IMG/VR virus record: IMGVR_UViG_3300036770_001978
Coordinates: 3,753 to 67,752 of that record
Strand: one strand, 5' to 3'
From: a virus
Length of the DNA: 64,000 bases
The notes below the pieces were generated by a model. That model saw only the letters and a list, made by a program, of their open reading frames with translations, searched no databases and was not told where the DNA came from. Below are positions 56,688 to 64,000 of this stretch, piece by piece (within the stretch, counting starts at the first letter, position 1; the number at the start of each line of letters is the position of its first letter). The position numbers and the translations under genes were made by a program.

Positions 56688-56780
56688 TCAGTCGAGTTCC
56701 GCCCACCGTGCCAGTGCCTTCATGGCGACGTAGCACATGGCGAGGAAGATTTCGATCTCCGCATGGGTCCAGTGGTGCAT
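56688..56780 (-). CDS. Very small ORF (30 aa)
   Basis: AAGGAGG RBS directly after the 15-bp motif. Confidence 0.45.
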   Translation of the reverse strand: MHHWTHAEIEIFLAMCYVAMKALARWAELD

Positions 56781-56807
56781 GGCTTGCCTCCTTGCTTGCC
56801 GTATAGA

Positions 56808-56844
56808 CAGACTCCGCAGCGGGAAAACTGCGGGGAAAACGTCA
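56808..56844 (-). repeat. 15-bp motif copy 2 (37-bp repeat)
   Basis: Identical to 54797-54833. Confidence 0.9.
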
Positions 56845-57579
56845 ACAGATGGGCGGCAGGCACACCGACCAGTCGTCGGGCTCCGCCACTGCCACTGCCA
56901 CCTGCTCGTCGTCCATCAGTTCCGGGACGGGTGCAGGCTGCGTTGCCTTCTTGCGTGGGCGAGTGACCGGCTCGGCCTTCGCAGCCTGCACTGCGCCCGG
57001 TCTGGGTGGAAACGTAGGCACGGCCTCGTCGTCCGCAGCCAGCGGCATGATGGCGAAGCGGGCAACGTGTCCGTCCTCGCCCAGCGTGGTAGCGAACACG
57101 CAGGACTGCGAGTCCTTGACGAACAGCGTGATTCCCTTGTGCTTGTAGCGGTCGTCGTTCATGGCGTGCGACAAGGCACACAACTTGCCGAGCAGGGCTG
57201 CGTCCAGGTTGACGGACACATACCCCTTCGGGCTGTCGTGAATCGTCATCACCTTCTCGCAGTCAGGGAAACGGCCGCTCGTGTTGAGCGTGACGCTGCC
57301 ACTGACGCCGCCACGAAACTCGTCGCCGTCAAACCGCACCCCGAGCGGGTGCGAGAACGCCTTGACTGGCGGCGACGACAACTCCTTTGCGTCCGCAAGG
57401 GAGTCCAGTGCGATGCCGTCGTCATCCTTCCAGTGGACGCTGGCAAGGATGCGGCCGTCGGTTGCCGTCATGCTGGCCGTCTGGCCGTCGCTCACGCACT
57501 TGATGCAGCCCAGTGCGTACCGTGCCTGCTCCGGGTCGCAGCACTTTGCGAGTTGCTTGATGAACGCTGGTATCTTCAT
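56842..57579 (-). CDS. Truncated beta-clamp-like protein
   Basis: ARYALG.I, ATDGRIL, GRFPD...V and AIMPL mirror the central and C-terminal motifs of DnaN at 101-1213. Confidence 0.65.
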   Translation of the reverse strand: MKIPAFIKQLAKCCDPEQARYALGCIKCVSDGQTASMTATDGRILASVHWKDDDGIALDSLADAKELSSPPVKAFSHPLGVRFDGDEFRGGVSGSVTLNTSGRFPDCEKVMTIHDSPKGYVSVNLDAALLGKLCALSHAMNDDRYKHKGITLFVKDSQSCVFATTLGEDGHVARFAIMPLAADDEAVPTFPPRPGAVQAAKAEPVTRPRKKATQPAPVPELMDDEQVAVAVAEPDDWSVCLPPIC

Positions 57580-57640
57580 GGGAACCTCGTGTGGAAAGAA
57601 AGCGGGGCCAGTGACCCAGTGCCACCGGCCCCGCAGAAAC

Positions 57641-57655
57641 CAGACTCCGCAGCGG
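57641..57655 (-). repeat. 15-bp motif copy 3, followed by a terminator-like hairpin (57593-57634)
   Basis: CAGACTCCGCAGCGG. GCGGGGCC/GGCCCCGC stem plus TTTCTTT on the - strand. Confidence 0.9.
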
Positions 57656-57660
57656 CGAAA

Positions 57661-58509
57661 TCAGATGGCGTCGTGCAGCAACTCGATGCCGTCGTGGCCG
57701 AGCATGTCTTGCACTTCCGCCAAGCACTTGCGACTGAACCCGTAGGCGAGCAAGTCATCCACACGCATGTTGGTGTAGAACGAATCCTCGCGGTCCTCCT
57801 CCTCCTGCTCGTCGGCCATGCGGTCGTACGCTGTTCGGCAGGCGGACGCGGAGTTGTCCTCGTCCACGTACTTCCACTTGCCGTCCTCGACCTCGACCCA
57901 CGAACGCTCGGTCTTGGGGGCCGTCGTGGTGCGAGAGGTCAGGCCGTAGCCGATGCTGCGGTAGTACGAACCCTCGTGCGAGTCATTGCTGTACCAGTGA
58001 CCGTCACGCGACCAGTCGCCATCGTCCTCGTTCCAGATGCAGTAGTCGCCGTCCGCCCGCAGGAACACGAACTTGCTGCCGGAGTGGGCGAGTTGCTGCG
58101 TGTACACCACCTCGCTGCGGCGGTAGAAGTCCTCGTCCCGAGCGTGCAGCGGCTTGAGCACCAACTCGTTGAAGTGCCAAGTGTCACTGCGATCCTTGTC
58201 CACGTCGCACTGAATGGAGATCACGCCGTTGTGGATCACAGCGAGCGAGTCGCTGACCATGAACGGGTGGCAGTTGCCCGTGTCCTTCTTGCCGTGCGTG
58301 GCCCATCGGAAGTGGATGATGGCCTGGCGGTCGGCATACGGACTGAAGGCTTCGCGGAACTCCTCAAAGTTGCCGATGCCGCAGCGGGTGACGAGCGTGC
58401 CGTCAACGACGACGGCGAACCCCCACGAATCGTCGTTCACGGCGAAGCCGTTGCGGTAGGCGGACCAGTCGGGCGTGGTGGTGGCGGGCTTGTAGATGGC
58501 GAGGCACAT
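57661..58509 (-). CDS. Class II (Ntn) glutamine amidotransferase
   Basis: N-terminal MC, N.D.WG, HFRWATHG, NCHPF, HNG, SDT. Confidence 0.9.
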   Translation of the reverse strand: MCLAIYKPATTTPDWSAYRNGFAVNDDSWGFAVVVDGTLVTRCGIGNFEEFREAFSPYADRQAIIHFRWATHGKKDTGNCHPFMVSDSLAVIHNGVISIQCDVDKDRSDTWHFNELVLKPLHARDEDFYRRSEVVYTQQLAHSGSKFVFLRADGDYCIWNEDDGDWSRDGHWYSNDSHEGSYYRSIGYGLTSRTTTAPKTERSWVEVEDGKWKYVDEDNSASACRTAYDRMADEQEEEDREDSFYTNMRVDDLLAYGFSRKCLAEVQDMLGHDGIELLHDAI

Positions 58510-58546
58510 GCAGGAATCTCCTTGTGAGTGTGAGTGAAACTAGGAA

Positions 58547-59791
58547 TCAGGCACCGACGACGGACGACGTACGGATCATGTTGAACACGGGCGACCGCTC
58601 CTTCGGATTGGCGATGCTCGCCGGGAGCGGACTGTTGCTGCGGTAGCCGCCGCTGATGAGCGGATGCGACAGCAGGAACTCATGCAGGTAGCGGTACGCA
58701 CTGCGGTTGACCGCCACGAAGTTGCGGAAGTTGACGAAGTGCAGCGGGTCGAGGGACGACTCGACCGCACCGAACCCGTGTGCCGCCTGCTCGCAGAACT
58801 TGACAGCCGCAACGGCGAACTCGTGGTTCTTGAGGATCGCCCGGCTGTACAGGTTGCTCTTGAACAGGCGGAACTCGACGGTGGTGTTCGTCACGTTCAG
58901 CACTTCGTAGCGGTCGCTGTTCTCCGTCTGGGTCAGTCGCTTGGTGCGGAACTTGTTGAACCCCGCAGGGCGACAGGCGATGGCTTCCAGGAACGCACGG
59001 TTGGGCTCGGCGTTCATGAACACCAGCAACTTGCCCAGCGTGAGCGGACCGATGGCCGCTTTGGACAGGTGGATGTGGTGACCAACGTCCTCGCCCATGT
59101 TCCACGCCGAGCAGCGTCCGTTGCCGAGCGTCTTGAACGCTCCGAAGATGCCGTAGACCTGCTCGGTCGTGAGCGGAACCGTGACCAACTCAAAGCCGCC
59201 TGGACCGTACTCGTCGAGCGAGCCGTCGCGTTTGGCGATGGCGCACTTGCGGTTGCGCGTGAGCGGATTGAGTTTCCGATACAGGTCGTTGACTTGGGCG
59301 AGCGTGTGTTCCACGTCGTCGAAGTCCTCGTCGTCGGAGTACATCTCGATCTCGTGCCCGGCGTACATATACGCGGGTCCGCGAGCCGGGTCAGCCGCCC
59401 AGCCATGCTCGCGGTGAGCCCGCGTGCCGTAGTCCATGAGGCTGTTGTCGAAGTCCGTGTGGTGGCAGTCGCAGTCGTCGTCGCAGCACTCGCCGTTGAC
59501 GCAGCGGGTGTTGCCGTTGGAGTCCTCCCCGTTGCAGTCGTACCCGTCCGAGTCGTACCCATCCCGGTCGTACCCGTCCTCGTTGTAGCCCTCGTAGGTG
59601 TAGCCCTCCGAGTCGTAGTATTCGCCGTCGCGTGTGCGGCGGGTGATGGGGCTGAACTCCGTCTCGGTGGTTTCGTGGATGCCCTCCATGTCGAACCCGC
59701 TGGGGTCGTACAGCGTGCCCGTCTCGTTGTGGATGCCGGTGGACTCATCGAACCCGTACTCGTCGTGCAGGACTTCGTTCTCGTCGCTCAT
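58547..59791 (-). CDS. Putative amidoligase (COOH-NH2 ligase fold) with acidic GYDxD repeats
   Basis: GHEIE, DGSL, GFELVT.P, GHHIH, RY..LN, TVEFRLF. Confidence 0.85.
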   Translation of the reverse strand: MSDENEVLHDEYGFDESTGIHNETGTLYDPSGFDMEGIHETTETEFSPITRRTRDGEYYDSEGYTYEGYNEDGYDRDGYDSDGYDCNGEDSNGNTRCVNGECCDDDCDCHHTDFDNSLMDYGTRAHREHGWAADPARGPAYMYAGHEIEMYSDDEDFDDVEHTLAQVNDLYRKLNPLTRNRKCAIAKRDGSLDEYGPGGFELVTVPLTTEQVYGIFGAFKTLGNGRCSAWNMGEDVGHHIHLSKAAIGPLTLGKLLVFMNAEPNRAFLEAIACRPAGFNKFRTKRLTQTENSDRYEVLNVTNTTVEFRLFKSNLYSRAILKNHEFAVAAVKFCEQAAHGFGAVESSLDPLHFVNFRNFVAVNRSAYRYLHEFLLSHPLISGGYRSNSPLPASIANPKERSPVFNMIRTSSVVGA

Positions 59792-59858
59792 GTCTCGCTC
59801 CTCAGCGAAGGTGAAAAAGAAAGGGCCGCCCCACGACGGGACGGCCCATGCCGAAAAC

Positions 59859-59873
59859 CAGACTCCGCAGCGG
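59859..59873 (-). repeat. 15-bp motif copy 4, followed by a terminator-like hairpin (59813-59847)
   Basis: CAGACTCCGCAGCGG. GGGCCG/CGGCCC stem plus TTTCTTTTT on the - strand. Confidence 0.9.
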
Positions 59874-59877
59874 CGGA

Positions 59878-60006
59878 TCACCGCTGCTTTTGCTTGCGGC
59901 GAGTGGCTCGCTTGGCGTGCTTGCGTGCCACTCGCAGTCGCTCCTCCTCCTTGACGCGTTCAGCCTTGACCAGTGACCACCACTGGTCGTTCCACTTGTT
60001 GCCCAT
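59878..60006 (-). CDS. Small basic protein (42 aa, not in ORF track)
   Basis: AGGAGG RBS, TGATG coupling. MGNKWNDQWWSLVKAERVKEEERLR... Confidence 0.55.
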   Translation of the reverse strand: MGNKWNDQWWSLVKAERVKEEERLRVARKHAKRATRRKQKQR

Positions 60007-60221
60007 CAGTCCTCCTGCCAGGAGGGGAACGCGATGGGGCCGGGATAGCCGCCGCCCACGCAGTCCCGCAGGAAACTGGCGTAGCGTTCCAGTTCATGCG
60101 AGAGGCGCATGGCCTGCTCCTGCCAGGGGATACCCTCGCCAACGTCCTCGCCGCACAGGATGCGATGGCTGGCAAGGATGGAATCGCGGTACGAAACCGC
60201 CACCTTGTAGGCGTCAGCCAT
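60006..60221 (-). CDS. Hypothetical protein
   Basis: AAGGAGG RBS. Confidence 0.6.
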   Translation of the reverse strand: MADAYKVAVSYRDSILASHRILCGEDVGEGIPWQEQAMRLSHELERYASFLRDCVGGGYPGPIAFPSWQED

Positions 60222-60223
60222 GT

Positions 60224-60394
60224 TCAGCCCTCCTTCTTCACGAGGTCGGCCACCTCACGACGCTCACGATGGGTGAGCGTGCGGAGGTCGGCCAGAAGGT
60301 GACGCTGGGACTTCGCACCCACCTCGCGTGCCACGCGGGCGAGCGAGACGAAGTGCATGAGTCGGGGGTTGGTGGTGGTGACATGCGTGCGCAT
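60224..60394 (-). CDS. Hypothetical protein (56 aa)
   Basis: AGGAG RBS. Confidence 0.6.
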   Translation of the reverse strand: MRTHVTTTNPRLMHFVSLARVAREVGAKSQRHLLADLRTLTHRERREVADLVKKEG

Positions 60395-60466
60395 GGGAAC
60401 TCTCCTGTGAAATGCGACGGGGCCAGCCGCCACCGTGACGACTGGCCCCGTTCGCAGTGTGAAAAT

Positions 60467-60481
60467 CAGACGCCGCAGCGG
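60467..60481 (-). repeat. 15-bp motif copy 5 (1 mismatch)
   Basis: CAGACGCCGCAGCGG. Confidence 0.85.
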
Positions 60482-60485
60482 CGAT

Positions 60486-60707
60486 TTACCGGGTCAGCGG
60501 GTTGACATCGGCCTCCTCCGCAGGCAGGCCGTCGCGGAACGCCCGCACCACGTCGTTGCTCCGCTCGTGGCCGGGAATCGTGGCCCGTGCCATGCGGACC
60601 TGCTTCGTGTCCAGGTACGGGCCGTACACGCGACCGTCGCTCTTGAGGTTGACCAGATACAGGCATCCGTCCTTGCCGGTGAACTGGGCGATGGGGGAAC
60701 GGGGCAT
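60486..60707 (-). CDS. Hypothetical protein
   Basis: AAGGAG RBS. Confidence 0.65.
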   Translation of the reverse strand: MPRSPIAQFTGKDGCLYLVNLKSDGRVYGPYLDTKQVRMARATIPGHERSNDVVRAFRDGLPAEEADVNPLTR

Positions 60708-60824
60708 GGTGAACTCCTTGTGAAACAGGGACTAGAAACACAAACGCCCACCGCGAAGTTGCGATGGGCGTAGGTGAGGGGGCGGGCTACGAACCCGCCC
60801 GAGCCGTCGTCGGCCCTCACTGGT

Positions 60825-60839
60825 CAGACTCCGCAGCGG
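60825..60839 (-). repeat. 15-bp motif copy 6
   Basis: CAGACTCCGCAGCGG. Confidence 0.9.
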
Positions 60840-60845
60840 GCGGAA

Positions 60846-61262
60846 TCAGCGAATCTGGGCGGCAACCTTGCGAATCTCGTCGGTGCGGATCACACCGTTG
60901 ATCGCCGCGAACAACTCCGCCTTGCGGGCGTTGTCACCGGCCGGGAGCCATGCGGTGAGCGGGCCGATCTGCACGATCTGGCCCTTCACGCCCTTCTTCG
61001 TGACATGATCCTTGACGCTCCAGGCGGGGCGAGACTTCTTCACCTTCGCGGGCTTCTTCACGGGCTCCGCGACAACGGCAGCGGGCTTGGCCTGTGCCTT
61101 CGCCTTCTTCGCGGCACGGGCCTTCTCCAATGCGGCCAGCCGCTTGGCCTTGAGGTCGCCGCTCGCCTTCTTCACGGGGGCGGGGGCATCTTGGGTCTGC
61201 GTGAGCCGCAGGGCATTGGCAACGGCTTCAGCAGCGATCTTCTGGATTTGGGCAATCGTCAT
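60846..61262 (-). CDS. Lys/Ala-rich protein
   Basis: GAGGAG RBS. R.AALEKARAAKKAK segment. Confidence 0.7.
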   Translation of the reverse strand: MTIAQIQKIAAEAVANALRLTQTQDAPAPVKKASGDLKAKRLAALEKARAAKKAKAQAKPAAVVAEPVKKPAKVKKSRPAWSVKDHVTKKGVKGQIVQIGPLTAWLPAGDNARKAELFAAINGVIRTDEIRKVAAQIR

Positions 61263-61329
61263 GGCAATTCTCCTCATGGAAAGAAACAACCGAACCAGTG
61301 ACGAACGGCAACGTGCCGCCGCCACAATT

Positions 61330-61344
61330 CAGACTCCGCAGCGG
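61330..61344 (-). repeat. 15-bp motif copy 7
   Basis: CAGACTCCGCAGCGG. Confidence 0.9.
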
Positions 61345-61348
61345 CGAT

Positions 61349-61528
61349 TCACGCCACCAGAAGCACCGGGAACCGAGACTCGACCACGACCTCACCGGCA
61401 GGGTCGTACAACACGAACAGCCGCACGCCGTCCGCGTTGTCGTTGATGTACCAGCGGGCCTTCCGCTCGCTGGGAAAGACGTAAGCACGACGCTCGCCGC
61501 TGGCGTTGATGGACACGACGCAGAACAT
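61349..61528 (-). CDS. Small hypothetical protein (59 aa, not in ORF track)
   Basis: GGAG RBS. MFCVVSINASGERRAYVFPSERKARWYIND... Bracketed by motif copies 8 and 7. Confidence 0.6.
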   Translation of the reverse strand: MFCVVSINASGERRAYVFPSERKARWYINDNADGVRLFVLYDPAGEVVVESRFPVLLVA

Positions 61529-61586
61529 GGGACGCTCCGGTGTCGGTCACGAGACGGTCACTCGCCGTCGTCGATCCGACACAAGG

Positions 61587-61601
61587 CAGACTCCGCAGCG
61601 G
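61587..61601 (-). repeat. 15-bp motif copy 8 (head of the leftward arm)
   Basis: CAGACTCCGCAGCGG. Confidence 0.9.
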
Positions 61602-61801
61602 ACGGACCGCGATGGAAACGGGTTCCGGCGGCAGGTTTCATGTCTGCCCTCGACAGCGTGAAGCGGAAGCCGTTGGAAATGCTGGGCTTGGGGCGGCGTA
61701 TAGATGGAACGCCCCCGAGCCCCCCCAGCCGCGTCACGTATCAGTTACGTGCCCCTCCTGGATTTTTTCCCAAAATAGATCGACCCCTGCCCGTTGGGGG
61801 G

Positions 61802-61829
61802 TTGCTAAACGCCTGTCCAGGCGTATGCT
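61802..61829 (+). promoter_or_regulatory. Sigma70-like promoter with palindromic spacer, upstream of ssb
   Basis: TTGCTA-N16-TATGCT. Spacer carries ACGCCTG-TC-CAGGCGT. Confidence 0.5.
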
Positions 61830-61867
61830 GTCCACCTGTCCAGCATCCCAATGAGAGAGAGGAACCG

Positions 61868-62221
61868 ATGATCGAAGCGACCGTGACTGGCAATGTGGGC
61901 AAGGTGAACGAACTCCGGATCACCAAGAGCGGGAAGGCGATGCTGACCTTCTCGGTGGCCTCGACGGAGAAGAAGGACGGGCCGACGACGTGGGTGGAGG
62001 TGGTCTGCTTTGACGAGCAGGCGGAGACATGCTCCCAGACGCTCCAGAAGGGCCAGAGAGTCGTCGTCTCCGGCCGGGCTGGTCTGGAGACGTACGAGAA
62101 GAAGGACGGCTCACAGGGCTTCTCGTTGCGTCTAATGGCGAACGAGGTGGGTGTCAGCCTGCGGTGGCCCAAGCGGGAACCGGCGGGCGTGGGTGCGGAT
62201 GACGAGATTCCCTTCGCATGA
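61868..62221 (+). CDS. ssb: Single-stranded DNA-binding protein
   Basis: GNVG...ELR.T.SG....FSVA, T.W..V.CF...AE....L.KG..V.V.G, C-terminal DDEIPF. Confidence 0.92.
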   Translation: MIEATVTGNVGKVNELRITKSGKAMLTFSVASTEKKDGPTTWVEVVCFDEQAETCSQTLQKGQRVVVSGRAGLETYEKKDGSQGFSLRLMANEVGVSLRWPKREPAGVGADDEIPFA

Positions 62222-62508
62222 GCGTCGAGGAACTCGACCGTATCGCCGCTGCGTTGCCGGAGTGGGAAAGGATGCCCCCTCCGGCTTCCGGCGTTGATGT
62301 GGATCGGATGGCCCTTGTGGCCCGAGTGGAGGCGGAATCGGCGGCGGTCTACCGGCAGCACGAGTCCCGCATGGAGAGCCTGCGGGGCATGGAGCGGACG
62401 GTGTGGGTGCTGGCGGTGGCCTTGCTGGCCGGGACTGTGGCGGCGGTGGTGGCGGAGGTGTTCTCCGGCCCGCCTGCGACCCCTGAGTTTTTTCGGGAGA
62501 AATCATGA
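62218..62508 (+). CDS. Hypothetical protein with C-terminal TM helix
   Basis: ATGA coupling on both sides. Confidence 0.6.
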   Translation: MSVEELDRIAAALPEWERMPPPASGVDVDRMALVARVEAESAAVYRQHESRMESLRGMERTVWVLAVALLAGTVAAVVAEVFSGPPATPEFFREKS

Positions 62509-62732
62509 CACTTCCCTACGAACGAACGCTGGCGGTCTTGCGTGCCCGCAATTTCCTGGTGCGGCTCTCCAACGTCTACGTGGAGGGGGGCATCAAGGGG
62601 ATCCGTAGGGAGGTTCGCCAGGAAGCAAGGTCTGTGCTGCGGCATTTCCCACACTGGTCCGACATTGGGCGTGCCGAATGCTGGGACGAGCAGGCTGCGA
62701 TGCTGTGGGCCAACGAGGAGGACAAGGCATGA
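62505..62732 (+). CDS. BPSL0761-like small phage protein
   Basis: MTLP.ERT.AV...R.FL..L....VR.EAR..LRHFP. Confidence 0.65.
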   Translation: MTLPYERTLAVLRARNFLVRLSNVYVEGGIKGIRREVRQEARSVLRHFPHWSDIGRAECWDEQAAMLWANEEDKA

Positions 62733-63028
62733 CCGACCGTGACCACTTCGCACTCGCCGCCGAAGACCACGCCATGTCTCGCGGCTGGATGCCGCACAAG
62801 CCAGAAACGTGGCCGCACAGGTACGCCACGCTGAAGCGTGATGTTGTCATGCTGCACCTGCGTGATGGCAAAGAAGTGGAGAGCCCCGTTCTTGCTGGGG
62901 CCACCGTAAAACTCGTCATGGTGTCTCGGTTTGGGGACGTTGGCGTTACGGAAGACCTGACGGCGGAGAATGGCTACGGCGTTCGCTTGCCTTTGTGCGA
63001 CCTGTGCGAGTGGAGGGATGCACCGTGA
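62729..63028 (+). CDS. Hypothetical protein starting with the MTDRDHFA module
   Basis: GAGGAGG RBS, ATGA coupling. VMVSRFGDVG.T..L....GY..R. Confidence 0.7.
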   Translation: MTDRDHFALAAEDHAMSRGWMPHKPETWPHRYATLKRDVVMLHLRDGKEVESPVLAGATVKLVMVSRFGDVGVTEDLTAENGYGVRLPLCDLCEWRDAP

Positions 63029-63981
63029 CAGACCGCGACCACTTCGCCGCTGCGGCCCTGACGGGGCTGTTGTCCGACAAGGCCAATCAGTATCCCACTG
63101 CATTGCAGTGGGAGTATCTGCTGAAGCACGCCTACCGCTGGGCCGACGCCATGCTCCGCGCGCGGGAAAAAACAAATGGTGGGTGTCCGTCCGGGTTGGA
63201 CCCGGAGGCGGATCGTAAATCCGTTACCTCTCAACGGTGTCGCGACACCGGAGGTCAGCCGTTCGAATCGGCCCCCGCCACTCCAGAATCCGACCGGCTT
63301 GCGGAATGGGAGCGGCACGGTAGTCACCGCTGGGGGCTCGGCGTTGCCAGCGACCTGCACGACTTGGAGTGCCGGGTAGCGGCAATTGAGAAAACGAATC
63401 ATGACGCCGCGCCGGCGGCGAAAGCCCAGTTGCCAACAGGCGTTCATGCGTCTGAAGGAGGCGGAAGCGACGGGACTGATAAACCCGTGACGCGAACCGC
63501 TGCGGGCGCCGGCAATCAGACTGATCCACCATGCGTGGAGACAGATGGCCCCTCGTCTGCGATAGCGCAGCCACCGGCCTCCAGCGATGGAAGCGGCGAG
63601 GGGCGGCCCCTAGACGACACGCGGCCCGATACAAAGGGAGAAGCGACGGGTGGGCGGGGGCATTTTCCAGTTTCCCGAAACGCGAAAGACGAGCCGGTGG
63701 CGTGGGCTGCTGTCGCGAAGAACGGCAGGCCGATGTGGCTGTCGTACAGCCGCCAAGACGCGGAAGGTGCGGTTGTAGGGACGGCTGAAGTCGTCCCGCT
63801 GTACCGCACCCCGACCTGCCCATACGTCGTTGGTCGCACCACGCAGCACTGCTCGCTGACGCCGTTCACGCTGACCGACGCGGAGCGGGAGGCGATCAGG
63901 TTCGCCGCCGTGTTCTACTCGCAGGGAGGGCGAGCGGCTGACGCCGCCACGCTCCGCAACCTACTGGAGAGGACAAAATGA
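63025..63981 (+). CDS. Mosaic hypothetical protein, copy 2
   Basis: GGAGG RBS, GTGA coupling. Shares blocks with 1533-2312. Confidence 0.7.
   Translation: MTDRDHFAAAALTGLLSDKANQYPTALQWEYLLKHAYRWADAMLRAREKTNGGCPSGLDPEADRKSVTSQRCRDTGGQPFESAPATPESDRLAEWERHGSHRWGLGVASDLHDLECRVAAIEKTNHDAAPAAKAQLPTGVHASEGGGSDGTDKPVTRTAAGAGNQTDPPCVETDGPSSAIAQPPASSDGSGEGRPLDDTRPDTKGEATGGRGHFPVSRNAKDEPVAWAAVAKNGRPMWLSYSRQDAEGAVVGTAEVVPLYRTPTCPYVVGRTTQHCSLTPFTLTDAEREAIRFAAVFYSQGGRAADAATLRNLLERTK
63177..63285 (+). tRNA. Non-canonical tRNA-like element (GTA/Tyr anticodon) inside a CDS
   Basis: Acceptor TGGTGGG/CCCGCCA, D-arm TCCGGG/CCCGGA, anticodon stem GCGGA/TCCGT with loop TCGTAAA, long variable arm, T-arm GCCG-TTCGAAT-CGGC, 3' CTCCA. 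Confidence 0.5.
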
Positions 63982-64000
63982 CCAGCGTCTGGCTCGTCAC
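63874..64000 (+). repeat. 127-bp exact repeat of 2205-2331 (includes the start of a second copy of ORF 2309-2587 at 63978)
   Basis: Base-by-base identity up to the window end. Confidence 0.9.

Noticed and set aside
56737-60505. Long + strand ORFs 56737-58527 and 58664-60505 (also 29897-31906, 27782-29356, 18622-20169 and 14176-15633 on -)
   Set aside because: They are antisense shadows of well-supported genes, expected from high-GC codon bias.
54797-61601. 15-bp repeats as a CRISPR array
   Set aside because: The repeats are too short, are spaced by whole genes at irregular distances, and no cas genes are present.
63215-63217. Stop-codon reassignment or suppressor tRNA
   Set aside because: The anticodon is GTA, and all three stop codons end recognisable genes at expected lengths under code 11.
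63400-63660. Hammerhead or HDV-like ribozyme near the tRNA-like element
   Set aside because: I could not assemble a CUGANGA/GAAA core or the HDV nested pseudoknot by eye. An Infernal search would be needed.

Overview
The window is a GC-rich tailed-phage (Caudoviricetes, podovirus-like) genome with no host housekeeping genes. Positions 2205-63873 (61,669 bp) close into a circle, because the last 127 bp (63874-64000) are identical to 2205-2331. Positions 1-2204 (dnaN, an HTH gene and a divergent copy of a mosaic gene) look like an alternative entry path or a related phage. Modules in order: small accessory genes with attC-like sites (1.5-4.9 kb); head, packaging, tail and ejection genes (4.9-35.6 kb); a tyrosine recombinase; recombination and nucleotide genes (ExoVIII-like, ERF, SF2 helicase, HNH-resolvase fusion, HD hydrolase, duplicated DUF5664 around EndoVII); membrane proteins, a C1 peptidase, fibre genes and a sigma factor; a leftward arm (serine recombinase, VWA/MoxR, clamp-like gene, GATase/amidoligase); SSB. 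No DNA polymerase, primase or canonical endolysin was recognised. Main highlights: (1) a phage-borne array of integron attC-like sites oriented opposite to the genes, with exact cassette-boundary complementarity and genes that start inside the attC hairpin; (2) mosaic genes built from short conserved anchors and swapped in-frame segments, one of which is a tRNA-like cloverleaf; (3) eight copies of a 15-bp motif punctuating the leftward arm. Product names come from motif recognition only; no database searches were run.
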